From assembly GCA_951406725.2 (NCBI GenBank), contig OX597814.1, positions 172,236,001 to 172,300,000 of the forward strand: a stretch of 64,000 bases of DNA, in the 5' to 3' direction. The notes under the pieces were generated by a model. It had not been told where the DNA came from. It searched no databases and saw only the letters and a program-made list of their open reading frames with translations. A program made the position numbers and the translations under genes. The number at the start of each line of letters is the position of its first letter. The first letter of the stretch is position 1. Source of the stretch: Octopus vulgaris (Eukaryota). Below are positions 1 through 11,537 of the stretch, piece by piece.

Positions 1-144
1 ACTGAAATTTTAAAAAGTTTCCAAAACGTATAAAAGAGAATTAAAAACCAAAATTTTAATACATTTACTTTAGACGTATTAATCAAAACAATATTGTACA
101 TTTGATCAAGTACTTAGTAGAAAACGTAATAAGAAAATATCATC

Positions 145-231
<87 letters not shown>

Positions 232-688
232 AACACACATATATATGTAAGGAGACAAGTAGTAATGAATAAATATTGAAAGAACAGACATTGACGGGAG
301 AGGGAGAGAGGTAGAGACAGACAAAGAAAGAGAAGGGAGACAGATAGATAGATAGATAGATGTAGAGAGAGAGAGAGGGGGGAGAGACGGGGACAGAGAA
401 AGATAGAAAGAGAGAAAGGAGACACAGAGAGAAAGATAAACAGAAAAGTAAGCTGTTTGTAAATCTTATGGAATTATTTATTTAGAAGTTTCTGGTGTAA
501 TGTTGAACAATTAAAAATATGAAATAAGTTTGTTGTTTTTGTTCAGCTTCAAGTTATCTGCAATGAAGCGGAACTGTAATCAAGCATGCTCTTGTCTTGA
601 CGATCCAGTTCATATATACATACATACATACATACATACATACATACATACATACATACATACATTAATACATACATATATATATATA

Positions 689-727
<39 letters not shown>

Positions 728-741
728 TTATTATATAGAAG

Positions 742-841
742 GAGCTTCTACAGGACTAGTACTGTTTCATTCAAGAGAAATCTTCAGGAAGCTTCTACAG
801 GACTAGTACTGTTTCATTCAAGAGAAATCTTCAGGAAGCTC
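742..841 (-). ncRNA. Two tandem type I hammerhead ribozymes (742-794, 789-841)
   Basis: Minus strand reads gagcttc CUGAAGA uuuc-ucuu-gaau GAAA cag-uacuaguc-cug UA gaagcuu, repeated at a 47-nt period. Confidence 0.75.
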
Positions 842-842
842 T

Positions 843-897
843 GGAGCTTCCTGAAGATTTCTCTTGAATGAAACAGTTCTAGTCCTGTAGAAGCTCC
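843..897 (+). ncRNA. Type I hammerhead ribozyme
   Basis: Stem I ggagcttc/gaagctcc, core CTGAAGA, stem II tttc/gaat (U.U first pair), GAAA, stem III cag/ctg, GUA cleavage triplet. Confidence 0.8.
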
Positions 898-977
898 TTC
901 TATATAATAAATTATTTTACTCTGCTATGTATTGAGTACCTTACTTACTGTGGTTAACCCCGAATCAACCCGGGACC

Positions 978-1011
<34 letters not shown>

Positions 1012-1342
1012 TAGTAAATTTTATTGACTTTTATAGGTTTATAATTTTATGAACTGAACTGTGTGTTTTTTAATTATTTTTTATGTATATGTCTGATTTA
1101 AATTTAAATATGAGTGTGCATATATTTTCCTGTAGGTTAGTTTTGGAACTAGTAGCCCAATATGTAGAATAACTGTGTTTGTTAATATATATTGATATAT
1201 TTTGTTTTGTTTATTTTGTATTATTGTATTAATGAGTATATATATATGTGTAGTATTATGAGTGTCTATGCACACGTTTTTATATTTTATATTTTTATAT
1301 TTATATGTATTAAAAATTTTTTCACACTTATAATAAATTAAA

Positions 1343-1455
1343 ATCTCTGAAGAGGCCGTGGGGCATTTTTGTTAATGTCTCATTTATACCTGCCTTATAT
1401 GGCTTATAGGTTAAATGAGGCATACTTGCCCTTACGGCCGAAACAGCTGTCAGAT
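1343..1455 (+). ncRNA. Type I minimal hammerhead ribozyme with long stem II
   Basis: atct CTGAAGA GGCCGT...(extended hairpin gggca/tgccc, tgtctcattta/taaatgaggca)...ACGGCC GAAA C-agct-G TC agat. GUC site and palindromic stem III loop. It lies in an AT-rich element (~1009-1640) bounded by (TA)n. Confidence 0.88.
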
Positions 1456-1710
1456 ATGATATAATTATATATTATATTTTATATTTTATATTTCTATTTC
1501 CTTGTCTAATTATATTTACAATATATTTTGTATAATGCCTTTGCTGTTATGTAATGGTGTAATAAAGTATTGATTGGGTATCATCTGATGGTTGATGTTT
1601 GATTGATTTAAGTATGTTTCTCCATTTTCTAATTTTGTAGTATATATATGTATATATATATGCCCCAGCATGGCCACAGCTCATGAGCTGAAACTAGAAT
1701 CAATCAATCA

Positions 1711-1745
<35 letters not shown>

Positions 1746-1750
1746 GTATG

Positions 1751-1852
<102 letters not shown>

Positions 1853-1855
1853 CAT

Positions 1856-2190
1856 GTATCTGCCGCTACGTTCTGAGTTCAAATTCCACCGATGTCGACT
1901 TTGCCTTTCATTCTTTCGGGGTCGATTAAATAAGTACCAGTTACGCACTGGGGTCGATATAATCGACTTAATCCGTTTCTCTGTCCTTGTTTGCCCCTTC
2001 TGTGTTTAGCCCTTTGTGGGTAGTAAAGAAATAGGTATTTCAACCGTCGCTACGTTCTGAGTTGAAATTCCGCCGAGCGCGATTTTACGGTTCTTCATTT
2101 TGGGCTCGATAAAATAAGTACCAGTTGAACACTGGTACCGATGTAATCGACTCATCACCCCACCCCAAAAATGCTGTCGTGTGGCAAAGT
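1856..2190 (+). mobile_element. tRNA-derived SINE family B (tandem 184-nt units)
   Basis: B-box-like GAGTTCAAATTCC and the central GCCTTTCAT..TTCGGGGTCGAT.AAATAAGTACC motif, with many copies in the window. Confidence 0.8.
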
Positions 2191-2439
2191 TTGAAGCCAT
2201 TATTATTATTATTATTGTCGAGTGAGTCGCATATTCCTTTGAGTTTTCTGAGATTCACCTGCTCTAAGTTGCCTGAAGACCAAAACATTGAATACTCTCA
2301 AGCTAGACTTCGAGTTTGCTACTCGAAGTCTAACGCGATCAAAATAAAAATATGAATCTCAACTGTAATATCGAGTACTTTTATCCCAAGGTGCACCCCC
2401 CCACACACACACATAATATATACATACAACTATGTGAAG

Positions 2440-2583
2440 TGGAGGCGCAATGGCCCTGTAGTTACGGCAGCGGACTCGCGGTCGTTGGATCGCGGTTTCG
2501 ATTCCCAGACCAAGCGTTATGAATGTTTATTGAGCGAAAACACCTAAATCTCGGTCTGGGAATCGAAACCGCGATCCTACGAC
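2440..2583 (+). mobile_element. tRNA-derived SINE family C, 5' part with inverted duplication
   Basis: GGAGGCGCAATGGCC...GGTTTCGATTCCC tRNA-like head. 2553-2583 is the reverse complement of 2481-2511. Related copies at 44828, 37918 and 12160-12394(-). Confidence 0.7.
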
Positions 2584-2584
2584 A

Positions 2585-2618
<34 letters not shown>

Positions 2619-2778
2619 TGCTTGTCTTGTTTTCCATTTGTTTCTTTCATTGTTCGCCAAAAAAAAATTCGTATTCCATGCTTTCACATTTCGTATTTCA
2701 AGTTGTTTACGTTTTGTGACGTCCTGTGCTCATATATGCATATGTATATACAACTATATGTAAGTACGTACATACATG

Positions 2779-2837
<59 letters not shown>

Positions 2838-3138
2838 TTTCTGAAGTTGCAGTGAAGTCGGAGCGGGAACCACACGATCTCACAAGTAAATTTTTTAACC
2901 ATACGGCACTTGATATATAATACTGCAAGAAGTCAATATTATATGTATTAAATAATTTACTACTCAAGTATCTAGCTTCTAGTGAAGTTTTCAATATATC
3001 TTTCTTACTATTCGTGCTCTACAGAACAGCGATCCAAAACATTCTGGACTTCTTCTTCGTGACTTTGGGCGGTGTGTGCTGCCTGCTGGATGAGAAGCGT
3101 TTGCAAAACTCTTGTTCAAGCACGCTCCTTCCTTTTTA

Positions 3139-3564
3139 TACTCTTTTACTCTTTTACTTGTTTCAGTCATTTGACTGCGGCCATGCTGGAGCACCGCCTT
3201 TAGTCGAGCAAATCGACCCCGGGACTTATTCTTTGTAAGCCCAGTACTTATTCTATCGGTCTCTTTTGCCGAACCGCTAAGTGACGGGGACGTAAACACA
3301 CCAGCATCGGTTGTCAAACAATGCTAGGGGGACAAACACAGACACACAAACATATACACACAAACATATACACACACACTTATATATATATATAAATACA
3401 TATATACGACAGGCTTCTTTCAGTTTCCGTCTACCAAATCCACTCACAAGGCATTGGTCGGCCCGGGGCTATAGCAGAAGACACTTGCCCAAGATGCCAC
3501 GCAGTGGGACTGAACCCGGAACCATGTGGTTGGTTAGCAAGCTACTTACCACACAGCCACTCCT
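3139..3564 (-). mobile_element. tRNA-derived SINE family A, near full length
   Basis: Reverse complement of the copy at 33365: A/B-box head, central microsatellite and (AGAGTAAA)-like tail. Confidence 0.88.
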
Positions 3565-3847
3565 CCTTCCTTTTTATCTTTATTTTTGTTGAGGAAACGG
3601 AGACGGAGTCCCGCCCCAAGACTGTCTCACTGATCAGTTTTGCTGATTCTGAGAAAGTAACATATGAATCGATTTTATATATCTGAGATAGGGAATTTAT
3701 ATTATGTATTTCCATTCGTCTTCACCTTGGCTGTTGTTTCCGCTACATTTCGGCTTCTTCAGGAGACATTTTTCTCTTCAGTTGAATTTGCTTTTTGTTT
3801 CTTTTTTGTTTGTTTTTTACCTTGGATTGAACTCAGAACCCTCTAGG

Positions 3848-4030
3848 TCAGTGCCTCGCAATCTTTTTTCATTTGTGGTACACTTATATTCTTTTCAAAA
3901 TTCAGCGGCACACTTGAACTAAAAATATAAGTAAAAGTATAGGGGGAAAATTATTCAGGTTACACAGCGGCACACCTAGCATCGTCTCGTGGCACTTCAG
4001 TGTGCAACAGCTTACGGATTGCGGGGCAGT
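3848..4030. mobile_element. Possible degenerate hAT/Charlie-like MITE
   Basis: Imperfect termini cagtgcctcgcaatc ... gattgcggggcagta, with ctctagg flanking both ends. Confidence 0.35.
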
Positions 4031-4380
4031 ACTCTAGGTGACTGCACTGCATTAACCAACGTCTTTCTCTATAACGCTATGTCCATAGGCAGTTGCAGAG
4101 TGTATTTTTACGGCTTATAAAGCTAATGTCGCCAATGATGTCTTATGTCGGCTCCGTTATCCAATCGGTACGACTTATGTAAATGCATAAGAATCAATTC
4201 CAATATTGGCTGCTGGACAGATAAAAAGCAAACCTGACGTCTGTGGGATTTGTACACAATGTACAAAGAACCGAAAGAGGTATTGCAAGGCATTTGTCTG
4301 ATTAATGCCTCTGACAACTCTGCCATTCAACCACCTTTCTTGTACTTCTCAAATTGTATTGCTGTTACTTTTGTAGATCA

Positions 4381-6175
4381 CTAGCAGAGATACCCGGCGT
4401 TGCTCGGGATTAAAATGACAGTTTGTATATATATATATATATATATATATATTACAGTCATGTTGAAACATGTGATACGGCAAAGTGCAACATTGACAAC
4501 GAAACATTTGTGAAGTAAATGATGGGATAATTCGACTAAGCGATAGATCATGCGTCCGTTTGAAGGATTTCAGCCCCTAACCTGTCGTAGAAAATTGGGT
4601 GGATGGGTGGGTATATGATTTTTGAACGCACTGAAAAGCTGTCAGTGGGTATAGTTTAGTTTCTTTTGCGGTGGTTGGCGCTGCGTCTAATACGACCTGT
4701 CGTATGGTTGATAGTCGAATGAATATAGGTGTAATGGAGATATAGTACATAAATGGCTACATTCTGGAAAGGGGCTGCAATGGGATACGGTAAAGGGGAA
4801 GTGAACTGTTGAAATGTTGCAAAAGGCAAAGGGTTGACATTGGATTGCTAGTATGGCTGAGCCTATACATCACCTAAGAATATGTAGAAATGAATTACTT
4901 GAAAAAGTAAGGCGCAATGGCTTACCACGTGCTGGTGAGAGTAACTGGAGAATATGCTTTCATACTGAAGTCCATGCAGGAAACTGCTTTGCTGGTGCAG
5001 TTTTCGGGTTTGTCGGAAATGGTATTCATGCCGAAATGGTATCAGTCTTTACTATTCACAAAGAGCAGTGGATATTGGAGCGCATCATAAGATGTAATAC
5101 TTCCTATAAAACCTCTTGGTAAACAATATTCTTTATTTTTTTGTTGTGGAACAAATGCGAATAGATTTTTTTTTGCTTCCCTCTCTAGAGCATCCAACAT
5201 ACAAGTGCCCGTATGAGAAGCACGACTCTTCCAAGTGGAGTCCTATCACAGCGTCTGACCCTGGGATTTATTGATAGACATCGTGAAGTTGATACGAATA
5301 AGAAATTGCAGTCTTCTGAATTAAAAAGGAGTTTCTGTTCCGATGGAATTGGAGGAATCCTAGGTATGAAAACATCCTCTTCTTTTTCACATCCAGAAAG
5401 AATGGTAGTCTCAATAACATGAGACTACCATCATCTTCTTTACCACCAGGCCTATCCCATTGCAGAGGTTTGGTGAATCCAAATTCTTCAATAACATTAC
5501 TGGAGTTCCCACTTAAAGTTCCAATCTGTGGGAAGCTAGTCCTGGAGGCTCCAATGAATTGAGAAATTCTTTTGGATAATTTATTACCACTTCTGGATCT
5601 GGGATTGTATCAACTGACTTATAGATATGAGAACTTCCAGAAAGATACTGCAGTAACTGCTCGTTAATTTTACTTACAGTGCTGTCTTTTGGAGGAGCCA
5701 GTATTGGTCTTTCACGCAGCCAATTGACATTGTGACAATTTTTCGACCAATGGAGGATCTCCCTTTTGGAAACATTATGTCAAGAAATGCTGATGCAATA
5801 AAATAACATGAAGATTGTACGTTAATCTTAGCAAATTTCAAGAAATACATTCAATGAACTGAGATGCCACTGTTACGTTTGTAATTAAATGTCAATGGAA
5901 AACATTAATTGTTATCAATAATTTAAAACGATGAAAAATTTTCAGCGAATTAATCGAGCTGGATGTAAAGGAGAAAATCAATTTCTGAAAGTTACCTCCC
6001 TTCTCCACGTAACTCAGGAAAGAGTGTCTTCTGTTCCCAGAGGGCCCGTTATTTATTATGGGAAAAATTTTAAGAGTCTAAAGCCATCTTTGGAATATAA
6101 GCAATGTGTGCTCCCGGTTTGGAGAAAATCAGTTGGGAACTTCAGAAGATATGCAGGTTTACACACACACACACT

Positions 6176-6243
<68 letters not shown>
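4381..6243 (-). mobile_element. Helitron, internally deleted
   Basis: The minus-strand 3' end has the hairpin CCCGAGCAACGCCGGG followed by CTAG|T. It contains a PIF1-type helicase relic, and its 5' end lies in a TC/TA/TG microsatellite-rich segment. Confidence 0.8.
5104..5750 (-). pseudogene. Helitron RepHel PIF1-like helicase C-terminus (frameshifted)
   Basis: Manual translation gives EFLNSLEPPG, GTPVMLLKNL, LCNG, VFIPRIP, FTMSINKSQGQTL, CFSYGHLYVGCSR and NIVYQEVL*. Confidence 0.9.
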
Positions 6244-8344
6244 TTAATTATTCTTTGTCTTAATTTTCATTTATCTCACTGTCTATCTTTCTGCCTTTCC
6301 TTCCTCCATTCTTTTTCTCCTCCTTTCTTTCGTTTCTTCAACTCTCCTCTTATCTCTTCTATTCTTTTATGATATTCTTCTAAATTCGCTTATTTTTCTC
6401 TCAGTATAGTTTTGAATCTCTGACCATTCCTTTTCATATCTCTTTCTCTTTATATTTTTATTATTTCCGCCTTAAGTCATCTCTCTTTCTTTATCTACTT
6501 ATCTTCTCTCTATATACATTGATATATTATTCACACTCGCTCACTATTTCTCATTCTCTCTTTCTCCCTCTCCCTCTCTATTTCCCCTTTTAAAGTGCTC
6601 TAGCTTTTCTACATATCACTCTTTTTGTTCGTCTCCCGTCCAGTCTCTATTCATCTCTAATTCGTTTTTCATGTAATTTTTATTCTCATTTTTACATTTT
6701 TACTTTCGTTAATTTTCTTCTAGTCTATCCCTATCTTTTTCTACCAGCATTTCCTTTTTCCGTTTCATTCCTAACACCACCACTAACATCAACAACAACA
6801 ACAACAACAAAATCACATTACCACTCTCAAGCAACGCCTTTTATTGCTTCATATCTGACCTTTTCTTCTTTATGTGACTGATCTCTAATCATTGCTGGTC
6901 AGTCCCAGAGGACAGTAGAGGTCATCGAACAACTGAAAAAAAAAAGAGAAGGAAAAAAAGAAGATAAAAAAATGCTGGGTACGGGGTGGAGGCTTAAGTC
7001 CAGAGAAGTAGCAGCAGAAGACCATTATACTGAGTAATGTTACTGTCAAACAGTTAAACAGATAGTGGCCACTACTCGCCCAGATGATAAACATCAACAA
7101 AGAACAGTATCATGCTATCCCATCCATAGCCCTTTCAATCGTTGCTTCACTCGCCATTACCACCTCCTGCTCCCCTTCTTCATTCGACCCTTACCTCTTT
7201 TACCTTCTCCTTTACAAGACCACTGTAACCGTGTAATGATTTCTCGCTCAGAAAGAGGAAGGAAGAAGAAAAATAGCGCCGCCTTCTTATTCGTCTTCTC
7301 AATGACCCTGTCTTCTTATATGTCTTATATTGTAGAAATCACGTACAAAATAACATTTTCGTCCGTTAGATATCATTCACGGGTCAGTGCTGGGCTGAAT
7401 ATGTGTTACTACATACAGAAAGAGTTCTTCTAATCATTCAACAGTTCATTTCTTATCTTGTCTTGCTGACAACAACAGCAATAACAACAATAACATCCTT
7501 TTGTCTGAAGCTGTCCGAGACTGTGCTGTGTATAAATTTCCATCATGAAGATACATTCCGATAAAAATATAGAATAATGGTACATGTGTCCGTGGGAAGG
7601 CGGGTATTGTCGAGTATAATATATATATTCTTTACTTTATAAAAACGAACAGATGAGAGACCCTTAGATGAAACCTCGCATTCTTAAATAAAAATAAAGA
7701 AAAATGAAAGCTATATACAAGTCAATAAAACCCTGGTCAAATCGTTAAGAGCAAAAATGTTATTCATTCAGGTTCTTCAGGCCCTGAGTTCAAATCCTGT
7801 GACGGTCAGCTTTGAGATTCATGGTTTATAAACAAAAAGCGTGTCCTAGGTGGTGAACTGGCGGAATTATTGTAAAGTGTTTCGTGGTACTTGTTCCTAT
7901 CCTTTGTGTTCTGAGCGGCCATTAGATGTGACAAAGTAGTTTGCATCTACGAGTCAGCAGAATGATGTAGATCAATTACAGAAGCAATGCGACGGGAATC
8001 CACTTTTGAATTATCCTCTGAAAACTCTTATCATTTCGTATAATACTTGTCAAGGAAATCGCGAGATGTCCTTAGTCTACCTGATGGCAGAGGAAGGAGG
8101 AGATCCCTAATCTATACAAAAATATGGTAACCATGGCTAAAACGTCTTTGATCACAGGTTTTCCTTGACGTTGTGCATTGAGTGACTGTTGGAAGGGAAG
8201 ACCAGATCTTTATGAGACAACAAGTATTGTTGTATAACGTTCATGATTTTCTTTAAGAACTTTTTGTGGAATGAGATTTGAAATGATTGCAACTGAAGAT
8301 CGACATTAAAAATTATTTTTTCTCTGCCATATTCATAACGTGTA

Positions 8345-8399
<55 letters not shown>

Positions 8400-9443
8400 A
8401 TGAGCTGGCTATTGTAGTTCTGGATATACAAAATAATTACGCCTGCAAATTATTTCATCCTAAGTTTGCTCGATCACAGGTAACACGGAACTAAATTCCG
8501 CCTTTCAGAACTGAGATAAAGTAGCAACTGGTAATTTATCGACCTCGAAAGGATGACAAATAAAGTGACGTGGTCGGGTTTTGAACTCAGGGCGAAATGA
8601 ACCGAAATAAATACCATGGAACATTCTCTCCTGTGCAATAACGACTCTGTTGAATCGCCGTTTTACAAAGGAACAGAAGACATAATAAATAAAGCAAAAA
8701 GGTGCACAAACATACTTCAAACACTTACAAGCTTTACATTTGTTGAACAGAAAGAAACAATAATAGTGGTCTACAAACAATACGTTATATTAATCACGGA
8801 TTATGACAGCTCCGCTTGGTAACTTCATCTACGCCAACACACCACAATAAATTACAAACAACACGAAATAACACTCTGTACAACATCATAGGTTGCATAC
8901 ACTCACATACACACACACAAATACGCACAAACACACAGAGTCATACTCACACACACACACCTTACAACAGCCATAAACTCCTTAAAAACAAGCAAATGGG
9001 GAATCATCTACGTGGTCGCTCGTCCTGCTAGAAACAGTAGCAAACTTCATTCAAATAACATTTTAATGTCTTAAGAAGGGACGACGAACTGGATAATGTA
9101 GTTTCCGGTCCTTTATCTTGTATTTGTTTCAGTCATTAGACCGCGGCGATGCTGGGGCACCGACTTGAAGAATTATATTCGAACGAATCGACACCAGTAC
9201 TTAATTTTATTAGACCTGGTACTTATTCTAGCGGTCTCTCATGCCAAACCGTTAGGTTACGAGACGAAGCACATCAACACCGGTTGTCAAGCGATGCAGA
9301 GTTATGCGCACACATATATATAATATATTGCTTGACTCCTTGGGCAAGTGTTTTCTGATATAGTCTTTGGCTGACCAAAGCCTTGTGAGTTGATTTGGCA
9401 GACAGAAACCGAAAGAAGCCCATCCTATGTATATATATATATT

Positions 9444-9667
9444 TCTTTATTGCCCACAAGGGGCTCAATATAGAGGGGACAAACAAGGACAGACAAAGGG
9501 ATTAAGTCGATTACATCGACCCCAGTGCGTAAGTGGTACTTAATTTATCGACCCGGAAAGGATGACAGGCAAAGTCGACCTCGGCGGAATTTGAACTCAT
9601 AACGTAACGGTAGACGAAATACGGCTACGCATTTCGCCCGGCGCGCAAACGTTTCTGCCAGCTCGCC
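9444..9667 (-). mobile_element. SINE family B
   Basis: Reverse complement of the family B head GGCGAGCTGGCAGAAACG plus central domain. Confidence 0.8.
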
Positions 9668-9712
9668 ATACATACATACATACATACATACATACATACA
9701 TACATGCATACA

Positions 9713-9747
<35 letters not shown>

Positions 9748-10123
9748 GGATGTATATATACATATAGATGTAGGTACGTACATATATATATGTATGTATG
9801 CATATATTTTATTTATTAAATTGTTATTATATGACTGAGCGCCCTCGCGTCGTTTCGTTTCTTTCCTCCAAGTAAGTTTATATATATATATGTATTATGT
9901 ATTTGTGTCTCTCTGTGTCCCCACATTATCGCTTGACAACCTATGTTGGTGTGTTTACGTCCAGGTAACTTAGCGGTTCAGCAAAAGAGACCGATAGAAT
10001 AAGTACTAGGCTTACAAAGAATAAGTCCCGGGGTCGATTTGTTCGATTAAAGGCGGTACTCTAATATGCCCGCTGTCAAATGAATGAAACAAGTAAAATA
10101 ATAAAATAGTACACCCCCCACAC

Positions 10124-10201
<78 letters not shown>

Positions 10202-10204
<3 letters not shown>

Positions 10205-10570
10205 GGTATGTAGAAAAATACAACATGGACAAGAACGTATAACTCTTAGAAGACGATACAATAAACACGGACAGGACATTCGAAACCCTCAGTCTTCAGT
10301 CAAGAACCGGATCATCGTAGTAATTTCGGCTGATTAATCTTGAGATTACTAGATCACGGCCAGTCCTCCAAGAAAAACTAAGCAACGAGCATTAGAAAAA
10401 CTAAGCTGGGAGCGTAGATTTCCTGGAAGAAGGATCGAATGCATACGGACACCAGGACAGCAAAAGGGACGAATATAAAAAAACAAAAAAATAATGGAAT
10501 ACAGAAACATGAAATACAGAAGCATTAACGGTGAAAACAACAACAAGTGTCTTACGACTGATAACAAGCA
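10202..10570 (-). mobile_element. (TA)n-anchored repeat family (second copy at 28140-28500 +)
   Basis: Shares gtaatctcaagattaatcagccgaaatt..gatgatccggttcttga with 28318-28366. Both copies abut (TA)n at the same end. Confidence 0.6.
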
Positions 10571-11138
10571 AACAAATTTTTTCTCTGGCGCAAGGAAAGG
10601 AGCCTTATCGGCGATGCCTATAGCGGCGGACGAAAAACAACGATGTTAACACGACGCTGGTCAGAAGCTGAAAGGCAGATTTCGGCCAGCAGTCACGTGA
10701 CAGAGAAGAGAGAAAAGAAAAGAAAGAGAAGCAACGGAAGAGAGAGAGAGAGGAGAGAGAGAGAGCGGAGAGACAAACGCAACAAAGAGAGAGAAGAGAG
10801 AGAAAGAAGGAATCAGAGAGGAGAAGGGATGGGTGTCGAAGATTGACCTGTGAGTGCAGAGCGAGACAAAGAATTAGGAGGGTAGTGGAAGATTAGACCA
10901 AAGAATAAATATTAGACGGGCTTCTTTCAGTTTCCGTCCATCAAATACATTCACAAGGCTTTGGTCGGACCGAAGCTACAGTAGAAGGTATCTGCCTAAG
11001 GTGTCACGTAGTGAGGCTGAACCTGGAACCATGTGGTTGGGATGAAAACGTCTTACTACACAGTCACGCCCATGCTTCGACACATCCACACCTAACCAAA
11101 AATATATACACGATGATCGAGTCCGGAGCGTTTTGGAT

Positions 11139-11537
11139 CAGAGGTCTTTTCGATGAAGTTTGGCCTGGGAGTTAAAGTAAAACAATACCAACCCTTGAAA
11201 AATTGAACAAAATGACAAAATATGAAAGTCCACACGGGCATGAAAATTTTGTTGACTTATCACATTCTAACCCACACTAAACTCTGCTACCATATGAACG
11301 ATCACACGCAAAACGACAATACACGTCTATAAAAACTCAGAGGTCTGTTCGATGAAGTTTGACTTGGGAGTTAAAGTAAAACAATATCAACCCCTGAAAA
11401 ATCGAACAAAATGACAAAATATGAAAGTCCACACGGGCATGAAAATTTTGTTGACTTATCACATTCTAACCCACACTAAACTTTGCTACCATATGAACGA
11501 TCACACTCAAAACGACAATACACGTCTATAAAAACTA
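11139..11537 (+). repeat. 199-bp direct tandem duplication
   Basis: 11139-11337 is repeated at 11338-11537 with few substitutions. Confidence 0.85.

Larger units (their letters stand above)
726..980. mobile_element. HHR-bearing non-autonomous element with inverted arms, in (TA)n (retrozyme/Penelope pLTR-like)
   Basis: 726-841 is the reverse complement of 843-912, with an extra 47-nt tandem unit. It has three HHR folds and (TA)n on both sides. Confidence 0.7.

Noticed and set aside
742-841. Short direct repeats as a CRISPR array
   Set aside because: There are no unique spacers and no cas genes, and the context is eukaryotic. The repeats are explained by tandem HHR units.
3735-3772. CUGAAGA...GAAA on the minus strand
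   Set aside because: No convincing stems I and III flank the motifs.
11139-11537. 199-bp tandem repeat as a retrozyme
   Set aside because: I found no ribozyme motif on either strand. It looks like an ordinary local duplication.
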